From contig JBKHVI010000014.1 of assembly GCA_046570105.1 (NCBI GenBank), positions 1 through 23,679 on the forward strand: a DNA stretch of 23,679 nucleotides. The letters run 5' to 3'. The notes beneath the pieces are model-generated. The model was not told the DNA's origin. It worked only from the letters and a program-made list of their open reading frames with translations, and ran no database searches. This stretch comes from Bacteriovoracia bacterium. GTDB taxonomy: Bacteria > Bdellovibrionota > Bacteriovoracia > Bacteriovoracales > Bacteriovoracaceae. Shown here in pieces: positions 9,242 to 17,381 of the stretch; the stretch's first letter is position 1; every line of letters begins with the position of its first letter. A program made the translations under genes and the position numbers.

Positions 9242-10387
9242 TTATGAGATTTTATCAAAAACTGGGCCCAATTGTGACAAAAGCTTCTGCTGCAATAAAG
9301 CGTCATGCAAAAGTCCAACTGAGAGCCTTAGTCCGTTCTTAGACCGTTTTTCTAGTCCCAATGCCTCTAAAACGTGGCTAGGCTTGGCCGCTCCGGAGCT
9401 ACAGGCCGCTCCAGCTGAGACTTCTAGACCCTTCAAATCAAAGAAGGGCAAAGAGAGATCTGAGGGAAGTTTATTCAAGACAAACAAAATTGTGTTCAGG
9501 TTCAAGTGCTGCGCTCGCTGAGAGATGCGAGTCCCCTTGCCTTGTAAGCGTTGGTCAAAATAAGTTCTGAGCTCTTCAATGAGTCTCTGTTGAGTATCAG
9601 GATTAAATTGCGCTTTCAATTCTTCAAGTGCCAACTGGAGAGCATGGGCCCCCATAACGTTTTCTGTACCTGAACGCATTCCCTTCTGCTGACCACCACC
9701 GATAATCAGTGGCTCGCCTGTCCAGGAAGTTTTAATGAAACTAAAACCATGCGATTTGAGTCCACCACATTTGTGAGAGGAGAAAGAGTAATAATCAAGT
9801 TCAGGTGAGAGTTGCCAGCAATCAGCAACTTTACCAATCGCTTGAGCGGCATCCACATGAATGAGGGCATTGGTTTTTTGTTTTAGAACTTCTGCCCATT
9901 TTAAAGGCCACACCACACCCGTCTCATTATGAACCCAAGTGAAGTTGATAAGAATGGAGTGGTCGGTATAGTTCGATAATAGATTAAGAGATTCTTCGAG
10001 ATTAAGATCGCCCTCGAGATCCACCACAAATTCAGCGGTCATCACACCCTGGGCACGCAAACGATCAGCTTGTTGTCTTACACAGGAGTGATCCAGTGGT
10101 GAATAGACAAATAGCAAAGGTTTTTTTGCTGATTGTTGCCAACTCCACACTGCGGAATTAATCGCTTCGGTCGCACCGGAGTGATAAACCAAATGGAAGT
10201 TTTTTTCGGAGAGCGAGAATGTTTTGTAGATTGACTGGTGGGCCTCATCTAGCGCGCGAGCGGCTTTTTTGCCCGAGCTGTGCTGAAAGGCAGGATTCGC
10301 CCAAAAAAAATCACCCTTGGTGAGCCAGCGAGTTACCGCTGGTGCCAAGGGTGTTGTTGCATTGTGATCTAGATAAATTCGATCCAA
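9242..10387 (-). CDS. iscS: Cysteine desulfurase (IscS/NifS, group I)
   Basis: YLDHNATTP, SGATEA, HNETG, HVDAAQAIGK, PLP Lys in SSHK, RSGTENV, catalytic Cys in SAGAACSSG. Confidence 0.92.
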   Translation of the reverse strand: MDRIYLDHNATTPLAPAVTRWLTKGDFFWANPAFQHSSGKKAARALDEAHQSIYKTFSLSEKNFHLVYHSGATEAINSAVWSWQQSAKKPLLFVYSPLDHSCVRQQADRLRAQGVMTAEFVVDLEGDLNLEESLNLLSNYTDHSILINFTWVHNETGVVWPLKWAEVLKQKTNALIHVDAAQAIGKVADCWQLSPELDYYSFSSHKCGGLKSHGFSFIKTSWTGEPLIIGGGQQKGMRSGTENVMGAHALQLALEELKAQFNPDTQQRLIEELRTYFDQRLQGKGTRISQRAQHLNLNTILFVLNKLPSDLSLPFFDLKGLEVSAGAACSSGAAKPSHVLEALGLEKRSKNGLRLSVGLLHDALLQQKLLSQLGPVFDKIS

Positions 10388-10924
10388 TTACTGATTCACT
10401 TCCCCAATGTTGTTACGGATAGCTGATCCGAAAGCATTCGAGGTGTTAGTGTTAGCAGCATTGGCTTCACGAGACTTGCGAGAAAGATCGCCCAACGTTG
10501 TTGTTGCGAGGTATTCCTGCATGATATTGCCCAAGTTTTCGAAGTAACCCTTAGTGAGGTGGAACTCAGAAGTATCAACGATGCCGTTGATGTCGTTGCC
10601 GCTTTCGTCCTTCATGATTTCGATACCAGAAGAAGGAATGCCAACGATGTCGCGAGCTGGGTTGATGTTCTCACCAACGCAATCAAGTACGTCTTTAACA
10701 GAGATTTCGTCCATTGAACGAGCTAGTACATATCCGCCGCCTGGGCCGCGAACCGACTTAACCACTTTACCTGTACGGAGCTTGCGGAAAAGCTGCTCGA
10801 GATAGTGGAGAGAAATTGACTGACGAGTAGAAATTTCCTGCAAGCGAACAGGATTACCACTGCTGTTGAACGTTAGGTCCAACATTGCACGAACTGCGTA
10901 ACGGCCTTTAGATGTAAGTCTCAT
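10388..10924 (-). CDS. Rrf2 family transcriptional regulator (IscR/CymR-like, lacking the Fe-S Cys triad)
   Basis: MRLTSKGRYAVRAMLDL, ISLHYLEQLFRKL, SVRGPGGGYVLAR; start ATG 10924 with GGAGG RBS; directly upstream of iscS. Confidence 0.92.
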   Translation of the reverse strand: MRLTSKGRYAVRAMLDLTFNSSGNPVRLQEISTRQSISLHYLEQLFRKLRTGKVVKSVRGPGGGYVLARSMDEISVKDVLDCVGENINPARDIVGIPSSGIEIMKDESGNDINGIVDTSEFHLTKGYFENLGNIMQEYLATTTLGDLSRKSREANAANTNTSNAFGSAIRNNIGEVNQ

Positions 10925-10998
10925 AGTCTTCCTCCATAAAGAAGCGGTTGGTGATTGTGAATCCGGGTTATCTTTCTTCCTTGATCCCGGGAGCATGC

Positions 10999-11030
10999 CT
11001 TTAGTTGACCATCCAAAGTCAGACTAAAAG
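10999..11030. promoter_or_regulatory. Putative Rrf2/IscR-type operator (imperfect palindrome)
   Basis: CTTTAGTTGAC-CATCCAAA-GTCAGACTAAAAG resembles IscR type-1 sites (..GTTGAC..GTCA..); lies just downstream of the predicted promoter. Confidence 0.55.
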
Positions 11031-11043
11031 TGTCTCGTAGAAT

Positions 11044-11073
11044 AGTATGACCCCCTGGAGTTTCCGCCGTCAA
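11044..11073 (-). promoter_or_regulatory. Putative sigma70 promoter of the Rrf2-iscS operon
   Basis: Minus strand TTGACG-N18-CATACT. Confidence 0.5.
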
Positions 11074-11225
11074 ATATAATTTCTGCCCCGACCATTAAAT
11101 ATTCTTGCAAGAAAAGTTATTGGAAAAACGTGAAGGATATCAATATATTTGCGCTGAATCGGCCTTGTGCGGTGTCAGTTTGCCCCTACGGCAATTTATT
11201 CCGACTAAGTCGGTTTTTTGAAAAT

Positions 11226-11384
11226 TCTCTAACTTTCAGGTCTCATCCTGGCGCATAGATCAGTTAAAAGAACAAAACTCATGCCAGGATGAACTGCAAT
11301 TTCTAGTAGAAATTTTAGGCGTCCTCTAAATGTTATCAGGAATTAAGGTGAGTTCTGCTTCGGACTTTACCTGAAAGTTTGAGA
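11226..11384. repeat. Structured intergenic element, copy 2
   Basis: TCTCTAACTTTCAGGT (11226-11241) / ACCTGAAAGTTTGAGA (11369-11384), 15 of 16 positions paired; same blocks A-D and spacer lengths as 4267-4424. Confidence 0.9.
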
Positions 11385-11402
11385 GGATATATATGGAAAA
11401 AC

Positions 11403-11858
11403 TCAATCATCAATCAAAGTCGACAGCGTGAAGTTGCGCGAAGGCGCCTCACCTTCTTGGGCGGGTTTGCCGAAGCTGAGCTCAAGAACGTAGGTCGCCC
11501 AATTTTCGGGAAGCTCACGAAACAAACGACGAGAAAATTTAGCGCCCCACTCGGCCAAGAAATATTGTTTATCTTCTAAGTAAACCGACAATTCTAAAGG
11601 GACGATCTCATCGGCGTTTTCAATGCGATAAAAATCACCATGTAGAATCTGGCCGCTCTCACTCAAAATCGAATAACTCGGGCTCAATGTTTCATCCGCG
11701 CCAATGAAGTGCTGGCAGAAAGTTGTTTTGCCCACTCCCAAGGGACCATCCAAAACAATCAAAGCTGGCGACTTGGTCAGCTCCTTCAACTCATAAACAA
11801 TATAAGGAAGATCACTGGTATAAACTTTCTTCCACTCGCGGATGAGCTTCTTACTCAT
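11403..11858 (-). CDS. tsaE: tRNA threonylcarbamoyladenosine biosynthesis ATPase TsaE
   Basis: Walker A GPLGVGKTT, SPSY, HGDFYRI, EWG; follows nnr as is typical. Confidence 0.9.
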   Translation of the reverse strand: MSKKLIREWKKVYTSDLPYIVYELKELTKSPALIVLDGPLGVGKTTFCQHFIGADETLSPSYSILSESGQILHGDFYRIENADEIVPLELSVYLEDKQYFLAEWGAKFSRRLFRELPENWATYVLELSFGKPAQEGEAPSRNFTLSTLIDD

Positions 11859-13444
11859 GCTTCACCATCAAGGCGGTTAAAGACCTCAGGCAATGTTTCA
11901 ATCAAACTCATAGCACTCATAGTGCGCACACCGAACTTCTCTGCCGCAAATTGACCAGCGAGGGTGTGAATATAGACACTCAAAAGTGTCGCCTGATTGG
12001 CATGCTCGTATCGATGCATAAGAGCATCTTGTTCACGACGAAGGCCTGTCTCTTGGGCCAAGAGCCCTCCAAGAATCCCAGCTAAAACGTCCCCTACTCC
12101 ACCCGTCGCCATACCATCGTTTGGCGAGAAGTTAAAATAGGTGCGGCCAGAAGCAAGACCTAAGTAAGTACAAGGACCTTTTAAAAGAATGGTGCAGTTG
12201 ATGCGCTCAACCGCCTGGCGAAGTGATTCATAAGGACGGATCTCAACTTCTGATTGCTCCATGTCGCAAAAGCGGGCGAACTCTCCAAAGTGCGGCGTCA
12301 ACACTGTCGGTGCATGACGCATACTAAAGACCTGGTGATCCTCTTTCAGATTAAGTGCATTGATAGCATCCGCATCCAGCACCAAAGGCCCTGAGAAATT
12401 GTTCATAATCTCTAAGACTAAGCGACGCGCGCGCGCTGAGCGACCAAGACCAGGACCAATAACTAAAGAACTATATTTATCTAGGCTCTTTAAAACCTTG
12501 GGCCACTTTGATTGATCATTGGGAATAAAGCCTGTCATCACTTCAGGAATGAGTCTTGACACCATCTCTTGGTGTTGTGGCTCCCAAGTTGCGACTGTAA
12601 CAAGTCCTGAGCCTGCTTTCAGAGCGGCCATACCGGCCATAGCAGCGGCACCGGTGAGGCCATGAGAGCCACCGACCACGAGTGTGTGACCGAAGATTTT
12701 TTTATCAGCAAACTTGCTTCGTGCATCGCTTTGATAAGGAATATTTTGACGAGTCAAAAGAAATTTATCAGCTTTCTCCATCACAAGTTGCGGTGGAAAA
12801 CCCACTGGCAATACTTTGAGTTCACCTGAGAGACGAGCACCATCGGCGACATAGTGACCGACCTTGGGGAAACCAATCGCCAACGTCATATCTGCTTTAA
12901 TCGCATTGCCTTGGGCAAGGCCGGTGTCACCTGAAATCCCTGTTGGGATATCCAGTGCCACGGTGTAGTTGGAGTTTTCATTCACAAAATTGATCACATC
13001 ATAAATGAAATGTGACAAAGGCAAGCGCACACCCGTGCCAAAGATGGCATCCACGACTAATTTCGGTAGAGGATTTTGGGCGAAATAGCTCTCAAGACCG
13101 TTGAGATCTTTAATATGGTTAACCTTAACTCCGAAAGCGCGCGCCATTTTGAGTTGCGTTTGATTTTCCGGCGAACATTCTTTTTCATCAAACAGCATAA
13201 AGGCGCGAACACTGCGTCCAGGACGCATTAAATGACGAGCAAGAGAAAAACCATCAGCACCGTTATTGCCTTTGCCGATTAGCAAAACCACATCGAGTTC
13301 GGCATCAAATGCTTTGATTCGCTCTTCTAAAACCTGAGCACCCACGAGGCCCACGTTTTCCACGATTAGATGTTCGTTAAAAAAATGCTTCTCGGCCGCA
13401 AGCGTTTCAATTTCTTTCATCTCTTTTTGGGTCACGATACGCAT
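11855..13444 (-). CDS. nnr: Bifunctional NAD(P)HX epimerase/dehydratase (YjeF/Nnr)
   Basis: GKGNNGADG, DAIFGTG, DIPTG, GPGLG, VLDADA, TPHFGEF, LLKG, ATGGVGDVLAG. Confidence 0.95.
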   Translation of the reverse strand: MRIVTQKEMKEIETLAAEKHFFNEHLIVENVGLVGAQVLEERIKAFDAELDVVLLIGKGNNGADGFSLARHLMRPGRSVRAFMLFDEKECSPENQTQLKMARAFGVKVNHIKDLNGLESYFAQNPLPKLVVDAIFGTGVRLPLSHFIYDVINFVNENSNYTVALDIPTGISGDTGLAQGNAIKADMTLAIGFPKVGHYVADGARLSGELKVLPVGFPPQLVMEKADKFLLTRQNIPYQSDARSKFADKKIFGHTLVVGGSHGLTGAAAMAGMAALKAGSGLVTVATWEPQHQEMVSRLIPEVMTGFIPNDQSKWPKVLKSLDKYSSLVIGPGLGRSARARRLVLEIMNNFSGPLVLDADAINALNLKEDHQVFSMRHAPTVLTPHFGEFARFCDMEQSEVEIRPYESLRQAVERINCTILLKGPCTYLGLASGRTYFNFSPNDGMATGGVGDVLAGILGGLLAQETGLRREQDALMHRYEHANQATLLSVYIHTLAGQFAAEKFGVRTMSAMSLIETLPEVFNRLDGEA

Positions 13445-13447
13445 AGA

Positions 13448-14194
13448 CTAGCCTTTTTTAAGCATGTGACAGAGTTCTTGCACCACCGGGCCCATGCCGC
13501 GGAACAGTGATTCTCCCACAATCCAATGTCCAATATTATATTCTTCAAATAAACCGGCCTCGATCAGAGGCTTGAGTGATTCATTAGTCAGACCATGGCC
13601 TGCATGATAGCCGCGTCCTGCTGACTTTATTAATTTGTGACCTTGAGCATACTGCACTAAGTGATGCTTGATCTCTTTGCCTTCCAGGAAATCTTTCGCG
13701 TATTCGCCCGTATGAATTTCCACTGCATGAATCGGTAATTTCAAACAGCGCTCGAGTGTCGCAGGATTGGCCTCGACAAACAGCGACACTTTGGTAGCCG
13801 AACTTTTTTGCGCTAATTTATTCACTGCCATGACCACTCGACTCCAGGTGAGTTCGTCACTTAAGGCCAGACCACCTTCGGTAGTGCGCTCCTGACGCTT
13901 CTCTGGCACAAGGCACACCCATTCAGGTCTTTCACGACAAGCGATCTCGACGATGTCAGGGTCGCAGCCAATTTCTAAATTGAGTGGTTTGCCGTAATGA
14001 CGACAAAGATCGTGAACCGGTGCCAGATCAGTATCTTGAATATGGCGTCGATCTTCGCGCAGATGGATGGTGATTTGATCAGCGCCCGCTTGCAGGGCCA
14101 TATCAGCTGCACGAGAGACACTTGGGTAACTCTCACCACGCTGTTGGCGCAAAGTCGCTACATGATCGATATTGACACCTAGACGTACATTCAC
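13448..14194 (-). CDS. pdxJ: Pyridoxine 5'-phosphate synthase
   Basis: LGVNIDHVATLR, HLREDRRHI, VPEKRQERTTEGG, EIHTG, AGHGL, NIGH; probable GTG start at 14194 just after the glmM stop. Confidence 0.96.
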   Translation of the reverse strand: MNVRLGVNIDHVATLRQQRGESYPSVSRAADMALQAGADQITIHLREDRRHIQDTDLAPVHDLCRHYGKPLNLEIGCDPDIVEIACRERPEWVCLVPEKRQERTTEGGLALSDELTWSRVVMAVNKLAQKSSATKVSLFVEANPATLERCLKLPIHAVEIHTGEYAKDFLEGKEIKHHLVQYAQGHKLIKSAGRGYHAGHGLTNESLKPLIEAGLFEEYNIGHWIVGESLFRGMGPVVQELCHMLKKG

Positions 14195-14196
14195 AA

Positions 14197-15561
14197 CTAC
14201 CCCAAAGACTTCGCAACAAGATCCGTTAATTCGCGACACAAACGCTTCACCTGAACGGCATCTCGTCCTTCCACCATGACTCTGGCCAATGGTTCAGTGC
14301 CTGAGAAGCGCAACAAGAGACGGCCCGTGCCTTTGAGTTCGGCTTCGGCTGCTTTGACTGCATTGGCAATCGCAGGCACTTCTTCAAAAGGAGTCTTTTT
14401 AGAAATGGTCGTGTTCAAAAGAATTTGTGGATACAGTTCCACTTCATCGGCCAACTCTTTAAGACCTTTGCCATAATGCTTCATACACTCAATGACTTTA
14501 AGCGCGGCCAGAATGCCATCGCCTGTTGTCGAGTGACGCTTGAAGACTAAGTGCCCTGAAGGCTCTCCCCCAAAAAGCGCACCATTTGAGCGCATGCGTT
14601 CAACAATGTAGCGATCACCCACTTGTGTGCGATGCAGAGTCATACCGTGAGTTTTAAGGAAAATTTCTAATCCAAAGTTTGACATCACTGTGCCCACGAT
14701 TTCATTTTGGTTATCGAGCTGGCCACTTTCTTTTAAAAAGCGCGCCGTCAGACCAATTAATTTATCGCCGTCGATAACAGTGCCATCACGATCAATCAAC
14801 ACCACACGATCGGCATCACCGTCGACGCAAACACCTAAGTCTGCGCGAAACTTAACCACATGATCGGCACAGTTCTGCGGATGGAGAGCTCCACAGCCTT
14901 GATTGATATTCATCCCGTTAGGGTCTTTACCAAGCGAGATCACTTCAGCGCCTAGTTCTTCAAAAACTTGCGGAGCAAGCTTGTAACCCGCTCCATTGGC
15001 GCCATCCACCACAATACGAAGACCCTCTAGCGAGTAGTGATTATTGAATGCTGATTTGGCATGAACGATATAGCGGCCGATCACTTCGTCCAAGCGACGA
15101 GCATTACCTAATTCAGCACCGACTTTGGCTGGAATCAGTGATGGATTCAAAATCATTTTTTCTAATTCGATTTCGACTTCATCAGGGAGCTTGTGCCCCG
15201 AACGATCGAAAATCTTAATGCCATTATCTTCAAAAGGATTATGCGAAGCCGAAATCATCACACCGGCATCAGCGCGCATACTCTGAGTTACGAAAGCGAC
15301 ACCTGGAGTTGGCAGAGGACCTGTGAAAATCGCGCGGCCACCTTGCGAACACACACCGGCCGAGAAGGCCTGCTCAAGCATGTAGCATGATAGACGCGTA
15401 TCTTTGCCGATGATGATCAGTGGTTTGCGAGTCGATGCTTGTTGCTGAAAATAATAAGTGACTGCCCGGCCCAAGGCCATCGCCACTTCGCCGGTCATGG
15501 GGTGAACATTGGCCTTACCGCGGATGCCGTCAGTGCCAAATAAACTGCGCTTTGAACTCAT
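14197..15561 (-). CDS. glmM: Phosphoglucosamine mutase
   Basis: FGTDGIRG, GKDTRLS, active-site ISASHNP, DGDADR, VGDRY, GGEPSGH, RFSGTEP. Confidence 0.97.
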   Translation of the reverse strand: MSSKRSLFGTDGIRGKANVHPMTGEVAMALGRAVTYYFQQQASTRKPLIIIGKDTRLSCYMLEQAFSAGVCSQGGRAIFTGPLPTPGVAFVTQSMRADAGVMISASHNPFEDNGIKIFDRSGHKLPDEVEIELEKMILNPSLIPAKVGAELGNARRLDEVIGRYIVHAKSAFNNHYSLEGLRIVVDGANGAGYKLAPQVFEELGAEVISLGKDPNGMNINQGCGALHPQNCADHVVKFRADLGVCVDGDADRVVLIDRDGTVIDGDKLIGLTARFLKESGQLDNQNEIVGTVMSNFGLEIFLKTHGMTLHRTQVGDRYIVERMRSNGALFGGEPSGHLVFKRHSTTGDGILAALKVIECMKHYGKGLKELADEVELYPQILLNTTISKKTPFEEVPAIANAVKAAEAELKGTGRLLLRFSGTEPLARVMVEGRDAVQVKRLCRELTDLVAKSLG

Positions 15562-15601
15562 GATTTTACCTCTATGTGAAGAGGCTTTCAGGATACCGCG
15601 G

Positions 15602-16516
15602 CTACCTTGGCCCTACCAGGATTTTCTTAGGGCGAATATCGACCAAATGTAAGCGCGGTGGTAGTACGGCGCGAAGCTCCACTTCACTCTTACCGCGAAG
15701 ACCTTCAGGGACTTCTGCCCAGACTTGTACATTCAAATCAGACTTATCTACTCGCCGGGCCATATCTTTGGGTGCCCACAGCACGAGTGTTACAGTTTGT
15801 TCTTTAAGCATCCGGCCTTCACCTAAAATTCTTATGGGCACTCGCTCCAGCACTAAATTAGCTTTTTTCGCCTTGAGCTGATAGTTCAACTGAGCGCTGG
15901 TTGGGCGCGAAATCAGTAATCGTTCATCTGGTAAATTCCATTCCAGACCGAGGGAATTTTGTCCGTAAAGACTTTCCACTTCAATCGGTTTAGTCAGCAC
16001 TTCCTTGAGTCCGCTAATCAAGCTTCGTGGCCCCACCACTTCCACTTCAGTCGGTTTAATTTGCGCTTTTAATAATTGCAAATCGGCCGGTAGATCACCC
16101 GACAAAGTATAGCGAACTGGTAGAATTTTACTCGCTTTGCGCTCCAATCTGAGTGGCAGAACTCGTGGAGTAATCTTCTCCACTTTGACACCAAATGGAA
16201 GCTTTAAGTCCTCATCTTTCAGTGTGGGCTTAGGGCGCAGATTATCTCTCCATGGTGCGCGAGAAATATCTACCAAGATTTTTTCTTCACGCTCCATCAT
16301 CGTGCGCATAAAGGCACGCGGACCTTCCAAGACCACTGTTGCTTCTTGCGGTGGCTTACCAGCAAAGACCACGTTGTCCCCTAGTACATATTGCAAAGTA
16401 ACGGTTTTTTCTAAGCGAATGCGAGAGGCATTTAAGACATAGAACCAAAGAATCGTTCCGGTGAAAAGTGCCACCACTTTGAGGGAATGTTTACGTGAAC
16501 GAAAGCGCAACTTCAT
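15602..16516 (-). CDS. cdaR: CdaR/YbbR-domain diadenylate cyclase regulator
   Basis: N-terminal TM helix (LKVVALFTGTILWFYV), repeated YbbR-like units (VVLEGPR, VEVVGPRS); between cdaA and glmM. Confidence 0.85.
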   Translation of the reverse strand: MKLRFRSRKHSLKVVALFTGTILWFYVLNASRIRLEKTVTLQYVLGDNVVFAGKPPQEATVVLEGPRAFMRTMMEREEKILVDISRAPWRDNLRPKPTLKDEDLKLPFGVKVEKITPRVLPLRLERKASKILPVRYTLSGDLPADLQLLKAQIKPTEVEVVGPRSLISGLKEVLTKPIEVESLYGQNSLGLEWNLPDERLLISRPTSAQLNYQLKAKKANLVLERVPIRILGEGRMLKEQTVTLVLWAPKDMARRVDKSDLNVQVWAEVPEGLRGKSEVELRAVLPPRLHLVDIRPKKILVGPR

Positions 16517-17316
16517 GCTCCCACCTCACGTTCGGCTGCACTGCTATTGCGCTCGGAATGTAGCAGTCGCTGACGCAATCCTCGACGGAGCGAGTTTTCA
16601 TCCAGGACTTCTTGAAAAATACCATCATGACAGATTTGGACTTTGCCTGTTTCTTCTGAAACAACCACAACGACAGCATCAGAAACTTCACTGATACCAA
16701 GTGCAGCACGGTGACGAGTACCAAAATGACGATCTACTTCACCAGATTTTGAGAGAGGAAGAAAACAGCCAGCTGACTGAATCATACCATCAAAAATAAT
16801 CACAGCACCGTCATGCAAAGGTGAATTATTTTGAAATAAAGCGTACAAGACATCAGAGTGAATGCGGGCATCCAAACGAGTACCGGTCAAAGAGTAATTT
16901 AAGAGACCGTGGTTTTTCTCAAAGACCACGAGTGCTCCGGTTTGCTCTCGAGAGAGGGCCATACACGCGGCAACAACTTCTTCGATATGCTGATCCATTT
17001 TAGTTTTACCTGAGCGACCCACAAATCGAGTGCCACCAAAGAGGGCCAAGGCACTTTTAATTTGGTCTTGGAATAACACAATGACCAGAATGAATAGGTA
17101 ATCAAAGAATAATTGTAGCAGCCAACTTAAAGCATGAAGCTCATAGGTATTAGCACCCCACCACAGTCCTGCCATGGCACCCAGGCCCAAGAGCATTTGC
17201 ACCGCGCGCGTACCTTGCACGATCATCAGCATGCGATAAACGATGAAGCTCACCGCTAAAATATCGATGAGATCGAGCGCACGCAAATTTTGAAGGAAAG
17301 GTAACAAGTCCTGCAA
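16513..17316 (-). CDS. cdaA: Membrane diadenylate cyclase CdaA (DAC/DisA_N domain)
   Basis: Three N-terminal TM helices, GTRAVQML, GALVVFE, SPLHDGAV, GTRHRAALG, VVVSEETG. Confidence 0.95.
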   Translation of the reverse strand: MQDLLPFLQNLRALDLIDILAVSFIVYRMLMIVQGTRAVQMLLGLGAMAGLWWGANTYELHALSWLLQLFFDYLFILVIVLFQDQIKSALALFGGTRFVGRSGKTKMDQHIEEVVAACMALSREQTGALVVFEKNHGLLNYSLTGTRLDARIHSDVLYALFQNNSPLHDGAVIIFDGMIQSAGCFLPLSKSGEVDRHFGTRHRAALGISEVSDAVVVVVSEETGKVQICHDGIFQEVLDENSLRRGLRQRLLHSERNSSAAEREVGA

Positions 17317-17381
17317 GACGGCATCTCCAAATGGTTATGCCGTCTTATCGGTTGAATCTTGAGAAACAAAACAAGAGCGTT

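Noticed and set aside
10925..10996. N-terminal extensions given by the ORF track (Rrf2; also GNAT, fusA, pdxJ, transposase, hydrolase)
   Set aside because: Downstream starts fit RBS position and family N-termini better.
11180..11219. Small hairpins TTGCC-CCTAC-GGCAA (contains reverse GTAG) and CCGAC-TAA-GTCGG-T6 next to copy 2
   Set aside because: Single occurrences with 5-bp stems; not enough to call a REP or terminator, and no plus-strand gene ends here.
11298..11314. AATTTCTAGTAGAAATT palindrome resembling a Cas12a repeat end
   Set aside because: Present only in copy 2, not repeated, no cas genes.
4267..11384. Element as CRISPR array, retron msr-msd, integron attC, or a known riboswitch/ribozyme
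   Set aside because: Copies are dispersed, not tandem; no cas, reverse transcriptase or integrase gene in the window; no RYYYAAC/GTTRRRY ends; no hammerhead, glmS or fluoride-riboswitch core recognisable by eye. An Rfam search is still needed.
17345..17368. Complete sigma28 promoter directly before cdaA
   Set aside because: CCGATAA -10-like box is present but TCAAG lies only ~5 nt away; no correctly spaced -35, so not annotated as a feature.
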